From: Streblomastix strix
Taxonomy: Eukaryota
Assembly: GCA_008636045.1 (NCBI GenBank)
Contig: SNRW01000016.1
Coordinates: forward strand, 1 to 42,640
Direction: 5' to 3'
Length of the DNA: 42,640 nt
Under the pieces are notes generated by a model that was given only the letters and a program-made list of their open reading frames with translations, searched no databases and had not been told where the DNA came from. Made by a program: the position numbers and the translations under genes. Shown here in pieces: positions 24,355 through 37,085 of this stretch. The number at the start of each line of letters is the position of its first letter. The stretch's first letter is position 1.

Positions 24355-25462
24355 TCTCGCTCCTGAAGTCATCATTCATTACTCCAGGTTCTTCCACTCG
24401 ATCGATTCATTCATGCTTTGCTTAAGGAGCTGCAGTTGCATTAGTTGATGCTGGTTAATTAGATAGTAAGCTCGCGAATTGAGATTGGAATTGATTTTAT
24501 TATTGATTTGGAAACTAGCTTGGTTATTATAGTTGACTATTATAGTAATTGAGAAACGGGGAGATGATGCCTTAACGATCTCTTTTGAAAGGGCCTCCTC
24601 TACCTCGGCTCCATTAGCGTAAGTTATTTGAATTATTATATGGTTACTAGTGACTTGGTAACGTGGAAGTTTAATAGCTGAAAGGCTATGGTAATGGTAG
24701 TATCTGAATAATTGGTTGTTGATATTGCTAAGCTTATGGGGTTGTTGGAGCTTATTGAATGGAAGTTTGAGATTATTAAATCGATTTAGGTGTTATGGTT
24801 TATGATTCTTTAGACTATTCGATTAATTTGGCAGTTTTTGCTTGTTCCTTGAGTTTATCTTTTGATTTTTGATCAAGGACTTCTGAAACTCCCACGTTTG
24901 GACCTAGAAGGCCTTTAAAAATGTCTAGGACAAGTGCTTGCTCTCGTCTCTACTAAGCTTTGCCAGCAATGATTCGATCATAGTGGTGTGATGTTAGCAT
25001 CTATTGCGTTGCTGATTCGAAGTCTCCTGTCGCCAGGTTTGTAATTGCAGTTGCTGCAGCTCTTTGTCCGTCAACCGCTAATTTGCATATTTCTGCTTCG
25101 AATTCAAGGTTCGCATTACCTGCTCTTTCGATTGCACCTTTTTTATTCACCTCCAGACCCAGTATTGACTGTATACGATCGTCAAGTGCTTCTAGTTCGT
25201 ATTTCGTTGCGCGTTTACCTGTTGGATCCATATCAGCGATTTTCTCGTTGTAGTACTGTTCTATTAAGAGCTTTGCAGAATTAATTTATTAGATTAAGTG
25301 TTCCTCTTCGGGAGTATGTGCTGTCTGGTTTAGTATGCTCTTCAAGAAAAGTAGAACGGCATCTTTTTTCATTTGCGGGGTTTGGAGCGCGGCTGGTGGT
25401 TACTCCGCTTGCAAATTGTTTTCAGGTTGTATATTTATAGCAGGGGGATCGGCGTCTGCCAT
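24337..25462 (-). pseudogene. DIRS gag-like ORF1
   Basis: MADADPPAIN... long code-6 frame directly inside the 5' ITR, with a Q/P-rich and RGRGG tail, overlapping the RT start; a late TGA is present. Confidence 0.8.
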
Positions 25463-25974
25463 TAGACTATTGTATTAACCGAGTTATTTAAAGTTTTGTC
25501 AGATCCGACCCATTTCAGGTCTATCTATATTCCAATAAACAATGGAGATTTATTATATTGGATTGGGTTATATAAAGCCCAGAATTTATGATTGAGTTAT
25601 ATTGAAATGATTTTCATTCAAAACTTTCACTCGATTTTTCAGCAGATAGACATAGTTTGCTCACGAATAGCTTGAAAATGCATTGCGAATTTTTTTTTAA
25701 ATTTTCCCGTTTTATTCTGTTTCCTTTTTTATTTCAAAATAAATATCTATATTTTATTAAATAATAATTATTTATAGTCATGAATAGCCAAAGCTAGTCC
25801 TTCAATATTGGTACTGACGCATCAGGGAGGGTTTCATAAGAAATAGCGAAGCTACTGTCTGAAACAATTCGTACTCCCCAGTCCAAATGACTCGCACTAC
25901 GAGAGACAGAATGCATGCGACAATTTATTATCAATTTATAAGATTCATTATTAATATTTATTAATTTGTTTTTT

Positions 25975-26080
25975 TCATATAGTATGCTGAAATTCCTCTT
26001 CTTGTTAATGGACTTCTGTCGGATGATCCTGAAATGCGAGCACACATCACAGAACGACTCATTTATATCGCACTTTAAGG
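25975..26080 (+). CDS. Possible host exon, ARM/HEAT-like
   Basis: YAEIPLLVNGLLSDDPEMRAHITERLIYIALQ followed by an AG/GTATTT donor-like site. Confidence 0.3.
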
Positions 26081-26469
26081 TATTTATTATATAATTATTT
26101 ATATTCTTATTAGTTTCTGATATTTATAATAATATTTTTTGATCAAATGAAGAATTTGAGTAGTATTAGAAGTCGAAGTTCGCCGTAACCTAAAATACAT
26201 TAGATTTATCTTAATACTCACCTATAAAATAAGCCCGTTCATAAATAACGAATTCGGTTTGCTTTCGCATCCTCATTCATAATATTCAATCTCAATTTTA
26301 CAATTTACCAACGCAAATAAGATAAATTAATAAATTAGTTCCAACTTCACCCCTATATACTACTGCGTGGGGGCCACTGATTCAACAATGCCCCATCCCT
26401 AACTGTTCAACATTTCAGGGCTATTTATAATAGAATAAAATAATAAAAAAAATGTTAAACATTAATTTT

Positions 26470-27084
26470 AAATATGGCTGTTATTGTTCAAGCTCAAATA
26501 TCTAATTCATATTCCTGCATTTATGGAACAGGGGGTTATGGTTATACTTCAGGTTCTTCCCCTCGGATTTCCTCTCTCTCTTCTACTAATTTCTTAGGCT
26601 ATTTAAAACCTTTTATTTTTTGCTTATATTTCTCTATCTACTTAACCGCATCCTAGAGCTGTTGTTTTATAAATGTATTTTCTGTTCTTAATTGTATCAG
26701 TTCTTCCAAATCAAGCAACGGATTAGTATAATTAATTTATGGCAATTTTGAACTTTTAACTGTTCGCTTTCATGCAATTTTTTTCTATGGCTTTTCTCTT
26801 ACTTCGCTTTTGCTTTAATTCTATGAACCTTCCGTTTCATTATCATACTTCACCGCCTCCTCATATTCTTCAATAGGTTTTTATATCTTCTTTTTCTCAA
26901 TGTCCCCACATCTCGCTTATAAAAGTAATTTATTTTATTATGCCGAAGTCAATGCACGCGCTGATTTTTTCCCATCCTCATAAACTTTAATTTTATCTTT
27001 AACTTGCATAATATATACATTATCAAAATATTCGATTAATGTCCAGTTCTCAATCAAATTTTTTAATGCGTGCGCCTAATCCAT
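26470..27084 (-). pseudogene. Conserved gene B homologue
   Basis: MDQAHALKNLIENWTLIEYFDNVYIMQVKDKIKVYEDG...LDLEELIQLRTENTFIKQQ. Confidence 0.72.
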
Positions 27085-27140
27085 TTTAAAATTTTAAAAA
27101 ATATAAAATGATAAAAGCAGTAGAAAAAAATTAATTGCGC

Positions 27141-27810
27141 ATGTCAAAATCAAAAAAATAAATGTCTCAAATAAATCAAAAAAGTACTATAAGACCAAGA
27201 TAAAATAAAACTGTAAATATTCGATGAAGCAATTAGCCGAATAAAAATAATGCCAGCGAATGAATCAACAACTGAAAGGTCATTGATGCAGCCCATTGAT
27301 GAACAATCAACAGCAAGAAACCACAAGAAATATAATATAAATAAATGTAAAGAAGTGGAACGCACAGCGACATAAGTTGAACCAGAAAAGGCTATATAAA
27401 AGCTTGCAGAAGAACAGCCAAGAAATATATATTTGTCTCATCCAAATCTTGAGGTAATGAAATTCAATTTTGATAAAATTTGGGCTACGGTTACCACCAG
27501 AAAACGAAGAAACGATTTTATTTTCTCCTCAGATAATTTTATAAAACTGTGGGCATTAATAACATAAAATTCTGAGGATGATATTCAAATAGTATTAGAG
27601 GAGCCACTTATGCATGCTCATTCATGCATGGGTAACACATATAAAAAGATGGATTTAATCCGTGTAATGGATGTGTTAATTAAGAACATTAGCGTATCCG
27701 TTATTGATAATGTGCTATGGAACAGCATTGAATAATTTTACAGGATAAATAAGGACTTCGTTCGTTTGTCTGATGCTTCCACCTCTGAAATTACAAAAGA
27801 TGATTTTTAA
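27141..27810 (+). pseudogene. Conserved gene A homologue
   Basis: YLSHPNLEV...SDNFIKLWALITQ...LEEPLM...IDNVLWNSIE; early frameshift in an A-run. Confidence 0.75.
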
Positions 27811-27980
27811 TTTTACCATTCGGGGATTTTTTTTCTATTTTTATTTAAATGGAGACATAAATTTTAAGCGATTTATAAAATCTTGATGAGGATGAATTAG
27901 CTAATGAACAATAATAGTTTCAATTATTGAAATAAAAATAGGACGAGCAAATGAATAAAATTAAATAAAAAAATTAATTA

Positions 27981-28857
27981 ATGGCAATCATTAATAATCA
28001 AACTCTAAAGTGGTTTTCTTATCTAGCTCAATTTTTTAAAAAAGCTGTTGGGTTTGTTAATCTAAATACAAATCAAACCGTATAGGGAATCAAAACCTTT
28101 TTATAACCTATTTATGGAACTAAATTTATTATGACTGGTGGCACAACTAATTAAATTTTACTCGGTAATGGCGGCACCGCTGATGTGTATGATTTTTTAC
28201 CAAAGGAAAGACCTTACGCTTTAATAGATTTTACCTTATAGCCAATTTCGGTATTAATTGATACAAAAGATGCAGGGATAAAAATAAATAGAGAAATGGG
28301 AAGCTAGCCAAGTAATATATATTTAGGCGCTAATGTTTATAAGCCAATTGGTGGAGTATCTACGTTAGAATATAGTTAGGTAATTTCTTCATAATTTGAT
28401 GGCGCTGGAACATGGCTACGTGATGCTCCATTTTAGATATAGAAAAATGATAATTATAAAAATATAAATCAAGGGATATATAGATAGAGATTGTACCACA
28501 TTAAAATTCTATGGCTAAACCGTCGGCAACACAATAGCAAAATCAGGAATATTTCACGCAGGGGATTATGTCGTTGGATTAAACTAAGGGTCTTTAATTT
28601 TGCATAACAGTGGCATCGTTTATCATAGTGCATATCTTCATTGGGCATCATAAGGTGGTTCGACTAGCATATCCGTCACGGTGGAGTTCGTTGTTGATGA
28701 ATTTATACCCTGTTTTTCTGACCGCGTAACTATGTAGCATTTAACAGTACGATCTTAGTAAATGACTTTATATCTCGACTATATAATCAATCAGCGGGGC
28801 GAGGTCTTCATCAATTCAAATTCTCTTTCAATTTTACCATCACTATTAAATGTTGAA
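27981..28857 (+). pseudogene. Phage tail-fibre-like protein (short)
   Basis: NQTVQGIKTF and FIMTGGTTNQILLGNG fibre-type motifs; 3' half probably frameshifted. Confidence 0.6.
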
Positions 28858-29067
28858 ATTAATGGAATATATTTTATAAATTTCGGTGTAAATTGAAATT
28901 TTAAAAATATATAAGTGAATCCAATAAACGAAACAATCATTTATTCTCTAGAATAATTGGATATAAACTGGCATGCAATATTTAAAACAATTTGGGAAGC
29001 GGCAATAAAACACGCTTGCGAATCTAAAATTTGTCGGTGAAAAATAATTTATTTTTATTTTTATTAA

Positions 29068-29208
29068 ATGATTTGGGAAATAATAACCAGCATATTATTA
29101 TTGATTAACGCTTGTAATATTTTGCTTGGGAGTATATTAATGATAGTATAAATAAAAATAGACAGTGAAGAAATTAGTGAAGAAGTTAGAAATTCAATAA
29201 ATAGCTGA
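29068..29208 (+). CDS. 46-aa single-transmembrane protein
   Basis: MIWEIITSILLLINACNILLGSILMIVQIK then an acidic tail; clean ATG to TGA. Confidence 0.5.
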
Positions 29209-29230
29209 AAAATATTTATTTTTGATGTTT

Positions 29231-31199
29231 TCAACCATTCCTAACAACAGAACCACCAAGCTCTCCAATCACTTCCATACTAAGCACTTATGGATCAGGT
29301 GCATCAACAAATATAATACGAACGACAGCTTCGCATAAGTAATGCTTTAGTAGGGTTAAATTAACCTATAATGGATTTGGATAACTACGCATTATGCAAA
29401 ATTAAGTAAAATCGTTTTAGTTTTATTTATCATCTGAATGAATTGTTTCAATAATTCTTTATTATATACTTCCGTGTAAAATAACCTATGTATTTGTTCT
29501 TGCACCTATTTTTGATGAATTATATCCTCTCATAAATGAATCATCTTTTGCTAATTTCCAAGCTAGCATAAATTTATTTAGGTACATTGTTTTATTCGAT
29601 TTTGTGCCATTATATAATGTAGTAGCTAAAAATAAATTATCGGTATTTTGCCATTCTATCCCTTCTTGTCCATAATATTAATTATTCCTGTCGTTTATAT
29701 GGATATTTTCAAAGGTCAAAGAATGATATAAATCACTGGGAGCACTAACAACATCATAATCAATGAAACAGTCAAACATGGCACCATTAACGATTTAAGT
29801 CAATGCTTCATATGGCGCAGGTACAACATGGCGTTAATCAATTATTAAATCAAAGCCTTTAAATAGGACTGGGAAAAACCAAGTAGGATATTATGGCATC
29901 GCGAACGTCATAAATAACGATTTGATATTTGAAAATAACATAATGCTTTAAAATGAGTTGCCAGTAGCGAATTCACCAAATGGATGGTTAGTGGATTACG
30001 TTCTTAAAACTTATGAGGGGATATTAATCATTTTTTAATTTCTAATGAGTTCAATTATTGATTCTTCATTTTCTACGCGAATGCAAACATTTTATATTTC
30101 TAATTTATTAAATGCCGCAATCAAAATTTAACTGATTGTTTTTTATGGCACTTTTGCATTTGCTGCGGCACCTTACATATTAACTAAGCGAACAGCAAAT
30201 TTACCACAACTATAAATATTTGCTGCCACGGTATTTAGTAAATAAATTATATCTGGTTTCTCTGGTGGAACCATTTGATAAGCTAAATGGTTATTTTTTA
30301 CCATATCAGTTTTATTTAGCCATACAACTTTTAAATCTTATAAAAAGTCCTGCATCCAGAGATATAAATATAATGATGCGTAGTTTCTAGTCAGCACAGG
30401 AAAAGAATTAAAAATTGGGTTTAATTGGTTCAGGTCTAGTACTCAACTAAAGGTTATATCATTGTGGATTCCATACTAAAACACTGTAATAGGGTTAAGT
30501 GAAAGATCGGCAGTTGTTGCTTAAACTATAATATCGCTTATTTACACGTCTATAAATACCCCACAGTGACGCTTTTCTGCTATGATGCTTTCTAGTGGCG
30601 AAACGCTGACGGAGTTATTAGTGCATAAAGCATTTAATGAATTTGAACATATTACGGCTTGCTCTCTTGTATAAATTGATGTATCCCATAATTTTGTGCT
30701 ATCTTATCATACGGCAAATTAATTAAATGGTCCGCAAGCAGTGAAAAATCCGAGCCAAAAGTGTAACACCTCAGCAGCAGAATATCCATATCCAGCAACC
30801 GTCATAGTTACTTGGGCTGCCGTCTTATCATTATTTGCATTAAAATTAATTATTGCGTTTGCAGTAGCATCATCAGTTGGGGCTGTGGCGGTTACCCTAT
30901 TAATTTATATCGCTAATGTATCCTTGGATATCGTAATAGTCCAATTAACTTAGCAAGTTTAAACCATGGAAGACGTAGCCGTACATCTAGCCGCAAGTGG
31001 AGCACGGATATATAGAACTCTAGAGGAATTTAATGAATCTATTGGTTAGTCAAAAAATTATTATTTTGATATGGAAAAAGATTTTGAGTGTATGCTCACG
31101 GTCTTCACTACGTCCCCCCAATTACATATACCCCGAGATGTAATCCGAGTGTTGCATTTTCGCAAGATGACTTAAATAATCTGATGCTTAGTATGGCAT
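29231..31199 (-). pseudogene. Putative major capsid protein (double jelly-roll by inference)
   Basis: About 655 codons, beta-rich (FWLGFFTACGPFNQF, LDLNQLNPIFNSFP, FMRGYNS), located in the virion module. +1 frameshift in a G6 run near 31115 and at least one TGA. Confidence 0.65.
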
Positions 31200-31267
31200 T
31201 TTAAATAAATAAAAATAATAAAAAAGCACTCGCAAGCATTCATTTTTATATTTTTATTTTAAACTAA

Positions 31268-31474
31268 ATGGGATTCTTTAGTAAGATAGCTAATTTCGGA
31301 AGCAAGATCCTAGGAGGAGTTAAACACGCTGCATAATGGATAGCTCAAACTCTCCATAAAGTATTGAATACGGTAGCGGGCCCCGTAGGAATGATCCATC
31401 TAGGCATTGGTGCAGCGTTGGGTGCAGGTTCAAATCTAGCGGGGGCAGTGGATAGACTGGAAAATAAACGCTGA
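31268..31474 (+). CDS. 68-aa amphipathic Gly/Ala-rich protein, candidate membrane-lytic virion protein
   Basis: Intact ORF MGFFSKIANFGSKILGGVKHAAQWIAQTLHKVLNTVAGPVGMIHLGIGAALGAGSNLAGAVDRLENKR. Confidence 0.75.
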
Positions 31475-31524
31475 CGTTTTGAATTAATGGCTTCACTAAA
31501 ATAATTTATTTTTGCAAATCATAA

Positions 31525-33477
31525 ATGATAAAAAATAATGCTGTTCTTTCATAGTAATAAATTCGAACTGTCAGGTAATTAATCACTAACGATATAGCTT
31601 ACTATATCCAATACTCGAAACATGGCGGAAATTCTGCAGGTGGATAATTGCAAAATGAAGATTATTAATTGTTTATAGATAACGATAAAGCTTTAATTTA
31701 TGTGACTAATAATTAATTCATTGATGGCTAAGCTTCAGATTTGCGTTAAAAATAGCTGCTGATGGTTTGCTAACGGTAAAGAATTTAAGTGTTCGAAATT
31801 TTGATTTCGTCGCATAAATTAACCAATTTATTAATGAAGTAAATTAATTATAATCTGCTGTCTGATCTATTGACGCTGAAATTGTTGGGGAAAAGAAATG
31901 ATCTAATAACCATTTAATAAAAAGCTTGCGCGTTAGCAGCATTTTAGGGGATATTATTTATTGAACGCAGATATAACTTCACTCCCTGATTCCGCTGATG
32001 GTGATTTTGCATTTAGTGCAGAGTCGGAGGCAGTGTAGATGTTTGACACTAATTGGTATTATAGCGGATAAGTTGTACCTAACTAGGTAACGCCCGCCAG
32101 TGATGCGGTGCAATTAGTGGATAACGCAACAGGTGCCTCTGGTGTTTCAAATGAATAAAGTCGTGGGACCATTAACATCCTATATAAATTTCTTCTGTCT
32201 TACCCTCTGCTGATACCGCAACAGGTAAAGTAAACAATGTAGCCGCTTATGCTAGATCTGACCATACCCATCATGTAAATTTAAGTAATGATTTACCACT
32301 AAAAGATAGTGGAACAGGAACTGCGGGAGCTTCAAATGTTTATGCCAGCTCTACGTACTAGCACCTCCTTAATTTCGATCCAACTGTTGCAAATGTTCCA
32401 TTGGTAAATGCAACGGCTGCAGCTAATGGAACTAGTGATTTTTAGAATAGAAACGACCATGTTTATCCTAAATAATTAAAATAAACGGGTCTAATAACTT
32501 CTACCGTGTTTATTAAAAAAGGAGCTTAAGCAACTGATGTATTAATCGCAAATGGTGATTCAAAACCTATATCAGATATAGTGGGTGATGGTTTTGTGGC
32601 TAAAACAGGTTAAACATTATAAGAAATCTAAGGAATATAACGTCATAGTGGTGATGATGAAGAGTCGGAGGATGATGAGGATTAAATAACTAGAGGAACA
32701 ATATATTATTAAAATGTTTCTAAAGAATCATCAGATTCAATACTAGGAAGGAAAATATTTAAAAATAATTAATTTTAGATATAACCAGCAGGTATAAATA
32801 ACCCATTAATTTTATTTAAAATTAATAACAATTTTTTACAGTAATTAGTTAATAGAAATGAAATGATATAGACAATTAATAATGTTGATCCAGTTAGTAC
32901 GCCATTATATCTTAATTATCGGGGGAGTAGCTTAAGCTCATAATTTCTTGATTTTAAATTAGTTTAAAATTACGTTTTTAATGCTGGTAATCACTCATCA
33001 TTCGCGGGTATTACATTAGCAAATATTTAAATAAATCCCTCGGCGGTAGCTGGTTTTGATGATTGATTGATAATATCGAGATCAATAGAAAATACAGGTA
33101 GTGCTTCAATTGAGTTAGGTCGTAGTAGAATATCTAACAGTTGTTTTATTTAAGGATAATGGGTATTATATACCTCATCAATTAATGCAGCATAAGCCCC
33201 TTAAAGTTTAGTAATAGCGGTGGCATCTTAAGCTTCAGATATTACTAGAGGATTATAAATATCCGCAGATGGAAACACATTAAGTTTCAACGGGTCAGTT
33301 ATCACTGGAACTGGTGCAACATATAGAGCTAGTAGTAGTGAGTCAGTTAATTACTCAGCAGGTAATCCTATTTTATGGGGTGTAAATAGCGTAGATACGA
33401 ATGGAGGATTTTATAGCGATGAGCCAAAAGTATATTGGCGTGCAAAGCCAATAACAATAGGATCAGTTCCTACTTGA
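31525..33477 (+). pseudogene. Long phage tail-fibre-like protein with HxH repeats
   Basis: YARSDHTH, RNDHVY and HQHP-type repeats; VLIANGD; RGLQISADGNTLSFNG; ends YWRAKPITIGSVPT-TGA. Stops and frameshifts present. Confidence 0.7.
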
Positions 33478-33510
33478 AAAACGAATAAGATAATTTTATT
33501 TTTATATAAA

Positions 33511-33936
33511 ATGGAGAAGCCAATCAAATAATTGTTTAATGAACTTGTCAAATGCCACTTTGAAAATGAGGTTACAATAAGAGTAGCTATCGATGCACTA
33601 AATAATATACTTATCAAAGATTCCATTCAGCCAATGCATCCTATTTTGAAAGAATTACAGAGGATAAATAAATAATTTCTAAATTTATAAAATAAATTAT
33701 AAAGCATAAAATAATATGTTGATGAGGATGAATATAAAAATAAACTATTTAATGAACAAAAGAAAAATTTTAAAAATAAATATAATTAAATAAAATAATA
33801 ATTGGACTTAAATAATCAACCCATGCAAATCATAAAATATATATAATTTCCGAAGCTAATGAAACAGAGAAATAAATATTTACCGACTTTGTAAATGACG
33901 CATAAAATAGTAGCTTGGTCAATTATTATCAGTTGA
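33511..33936 (+). CDS. Hypothetical coiled-coil protein
   Basis: MEKPIKQLFNELVKCHFENE... open under code 6. Confidence 0.4.
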
Positions 33937-34838
33937 ATTTAACTTCATAAGCAAATTGAGATATTGGATATATTTTATAATTTCATTGGTTTTATCTGAT
34001 AGTGGTTCAATAAATGTATAATGTTTTTTTGAACTTTTAATATATTTATTTTTCCTCTTCATTTAAATTATTGTTCTCTATCAGTGCTTCAAATATTTTA
34101 AATATTTCATAATCTGTTTCATTATATTATAGGCCTGTATTTATTGCCAATTAATAAATTTACTCCATTTATATATTAGATAAAATTTAAAAATAAAATA
34201 TTTCAAATCCAGCATTATTATTCTTCGGTAAATTCATTTATGGCTTCGATTATTGGTTTCCTTTTATGATTTGATTATATGATTTGTTTTATGCTTATTT
34301 TTTATTCATTATTATTTGTATCATTAACGAATATATATTTCTCGTTGTATTTCATATATTATTTTAACATCCAATAATATATATAATTGCTGTTTTTGGC
34401 TTTGGTTCATTGATAAAATTACAGAATCCATAAACGGAGTTCATTAAATTATATGCCGTTTATTTACTCGATTAGTTGTCAGTCTTTCTTTACATGGTCT
34501 TGGCTAAGATAGAATTCCAATTTTTCAAATTGATTTACCGAAGGGTTGAGCGAAGCGAAATCATTTTATGGGTAGATAAAAAAAATAAAAAAAAATAAAA
34601 ATAAAATTAATTTCAAACTTATTATTTATCTTGGGACTAATTCAACATCTTCAAATATAAAATATAACGGAAATGTTAAGCTAATTCAAAATCTTTATTT
34701 GAAATCGTTTTATTCAGAAGTACTTCTATTTATTACTCAGTAAATTTATTTCAATGAATAATATTTTGATTCTTTCATATTTTTCTTCTATAAAAAAATT
34801 ATATTATATAAATTGATATATTTAATGGTTCCAATACT

Positions 34839-36016
34839 ATGCCTAAATAACCCCATAATTATTTGATTAAATTAACTGAAACCGCTAATTTATCAGGTAT
34901 GGATATGGATAATATAGATATAATAAAATTGAAGCCATAAAACATATAGTTCATGGTGGCCATTATTAAATTCAAAATATTCATTTTATTCAAATAAAAA
35001 TGATACTTTCAGATTAATAAAATATATAATTTGCGAACTAAGATTTATTGAACGAATATAAAACGCGGTCACTGACTAAAAATTCATTGTTCCTCGTAAA
35101 TGGCAACCACTATATAGTTGAAGCTGTTGGCTCAGGTAAAACAAAGCTAATGTCTAAGCTGATTGTTATGAATAAAAAAATTATTGACCCATACATTAAT
35201 TATTTCTCTAATTTTGGAGCGGATGAAACAATGGCATTAAATTTAAATAGTAAAGGAATATAAATAATGAATTTAACATATAGGGAGGCTATGGTTTTTT
35301 TGCCAGAGTTTAACGAGGTAAAATGTAGCACTAAAGAAGTATATACTTATTATAAGCTGCGTAAATAAAAATATGATTACAATAGTGATTTTATTAAACG
35401 AATGAAAGAGAAAATAATAGAAAATATCCCAATAAAAAGGGATGAAAGGCCTCTATTATATGCTGAAAGAATTGTAGAATTATTTTAATCAACAATAATA
35501 GAGACCATAAATAAATACTCTTAACCATTTGAAATCCTGAAGTTCAAAGTTCCCCCCATTATTTAGAATGTAAGTTATCAAAAGAAATTGAAAGCCATAG
35601 ATGATAAATAAACAGCAGATATAAAAACATTAAAAATTCCTATATTAAAAGATGCTCAGCTATTGAATATTTTGATGCTGTTTGATGATATTGGATCCAA
35701 TGCTGATATACAACGTTTTAGTTCGCCATTATCTAAAACCAGTACGCATTTAGTTACTGATTCACGCCATAGTAAAAAAACCATATTCTTTATAGTTTAA
35801 CTACCCAGTTGTTTACTTAAGGCATCCCGCATTCTTTCACACGTCATTTGTTTAGGCGTTTATCTGGGCGAGAGTGATTTAAAATAAGTATATGAAGAGA
35901 ATAGTATTCAAGGCTTGGACTTCGAAGAATTTTTATTATTATATGGAACTTTAAATAAATACGAGTTTATGGTTTTAAACAAGTGGCTCGGAAAATTTGA
36001 AATACTAAGAAACTGA
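34839..36016 (+). pseudogene. A32/FtsK-like DNA packaging ATPase
   Basis: Walker A EAVGSGKT (first G replaced by E), Walker B MLFDD, DSRH, IFFIVQ; 5' part appears frameshifted. Confidence 0.88.
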
Positions 36017-36035
36017 GTCCTTGCAATATTGCAAC

Positions 36036-36198
36036 CACTGAGCAATCAATGGTTTTTCATTTATAGCTTCCTAAAGTAGGTCGAGAGTTGAATTGAAAAT
36101 CAGAAAAAAATGAGTCTGGAAGAAATCTTCCACACTGAGCGAACGATGGTTTTTCATTTATGCTCTCCTATAGTAGGTCGAGGGCTGAATTAAAAATC
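36036..36198. repeat. Two ~66-bp direct repeats, 97-bp period
   Basis: CACTGAGC...ATGGTTTTTCATTTAT...CCTA(A/T)AGTAGGTCGAG...TGAATT.AAAATC at 36036 and 36133. Confidence 0.85.
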
Positions 36199-36249
36199 GA
36201 TAGCAAATAAAAAAAAATTTATATTTCTATTTTTTTTACATTTTATCTA

Positions 36250-37070
36250 ACCATAAAAAAAACAAGTCAAGACTACTGCCAAAATCTCAAATAACAATAT
36301 TCGATTCATTGAGGGGTCTTATAATGGTTTAAATTATTGATTAAAACAGATGACCATTATATAAATGCAACCAAATTCTGCGATTTTTATGATAAGCCTT
36401 TTAGAAAATTACTTCTAAATTAAAATTGAAAATAATATGTAAAGGTTGAATAGCAAGAAATGGGGTGTGGAAGAAGTCTTCCATTTTAGTTGATGTTCCA
36501 TATCAATAAAGGATTCGATAATGAATATAATAGATATTATTTCAGCCCTATCCTTATCAACTATATCACAATGTATGTAAGCCAAAATTATGCTGTGTAT
36601 GTTCCTAAGATAATGGATTCAATTAATGAACGAGTACAAATAACATATGACGAAACTGCAAGCATATAAGCATATGCAGGAGATACTACTAATTTGGTTA
36701 TTGAAGAATTATAAGTAAAAAATTAGTTGCTTTAATTTGAAAGATAATAGTTATAAAATCTAGTTGTTCCACTTGATAAAGAAAACGATTTTATATTAGC
36801 CTTATAATTAATCGAAGAGAAAGAGGATACAATAATTAACAAGTTCCATCGAAAGCATAAAAATGACTTTAAAGAAGATAAAAGCTATATTTAAATTAAC
36901 GATAATTTACCCGTGGCCTTTAGTGGAAACCATGAAATAATTAAATAAATTAGGACCAGCTTTTAAAATATATCAATTCGTTATATTATTATGGAAGTTC
37001 AAAAATCGGATAATGATAAGTTCTTAAATCAATTGGACGACCTAGTCAATGCTTTATATAAACGAAAAAT
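36250..37070 (+). pseudogene. KilA-N domain protein
   Basis: GSYNGL..LIKTDDHYINATKFCDFYDKPFRK...YYFSPILINYITMYVSQNYAVYV; frameshift and TGA. Confidence 0.82.
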
Positions 37071-37085
37071 ATTTATTATTTTTAC

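Larger units (their letters stand above)
20541..25600 (-). mobile_element. DIRS1-type tyrosine-recombinase retrotransposon
   Basis: ITRs at ~20562-20622 and ~25497-25558; ICR at 20877-20986; gag, RT-RNaseH-MT and YR genes in canonical order. Confidence 0.95.

Noticed and set aside
26337..26425. Confirmed left TIR of element 2
   Set aside because: Starts with AGT and is GC-rich, but the partner end lies outside the window, so TIR and TSD cannot be verified.
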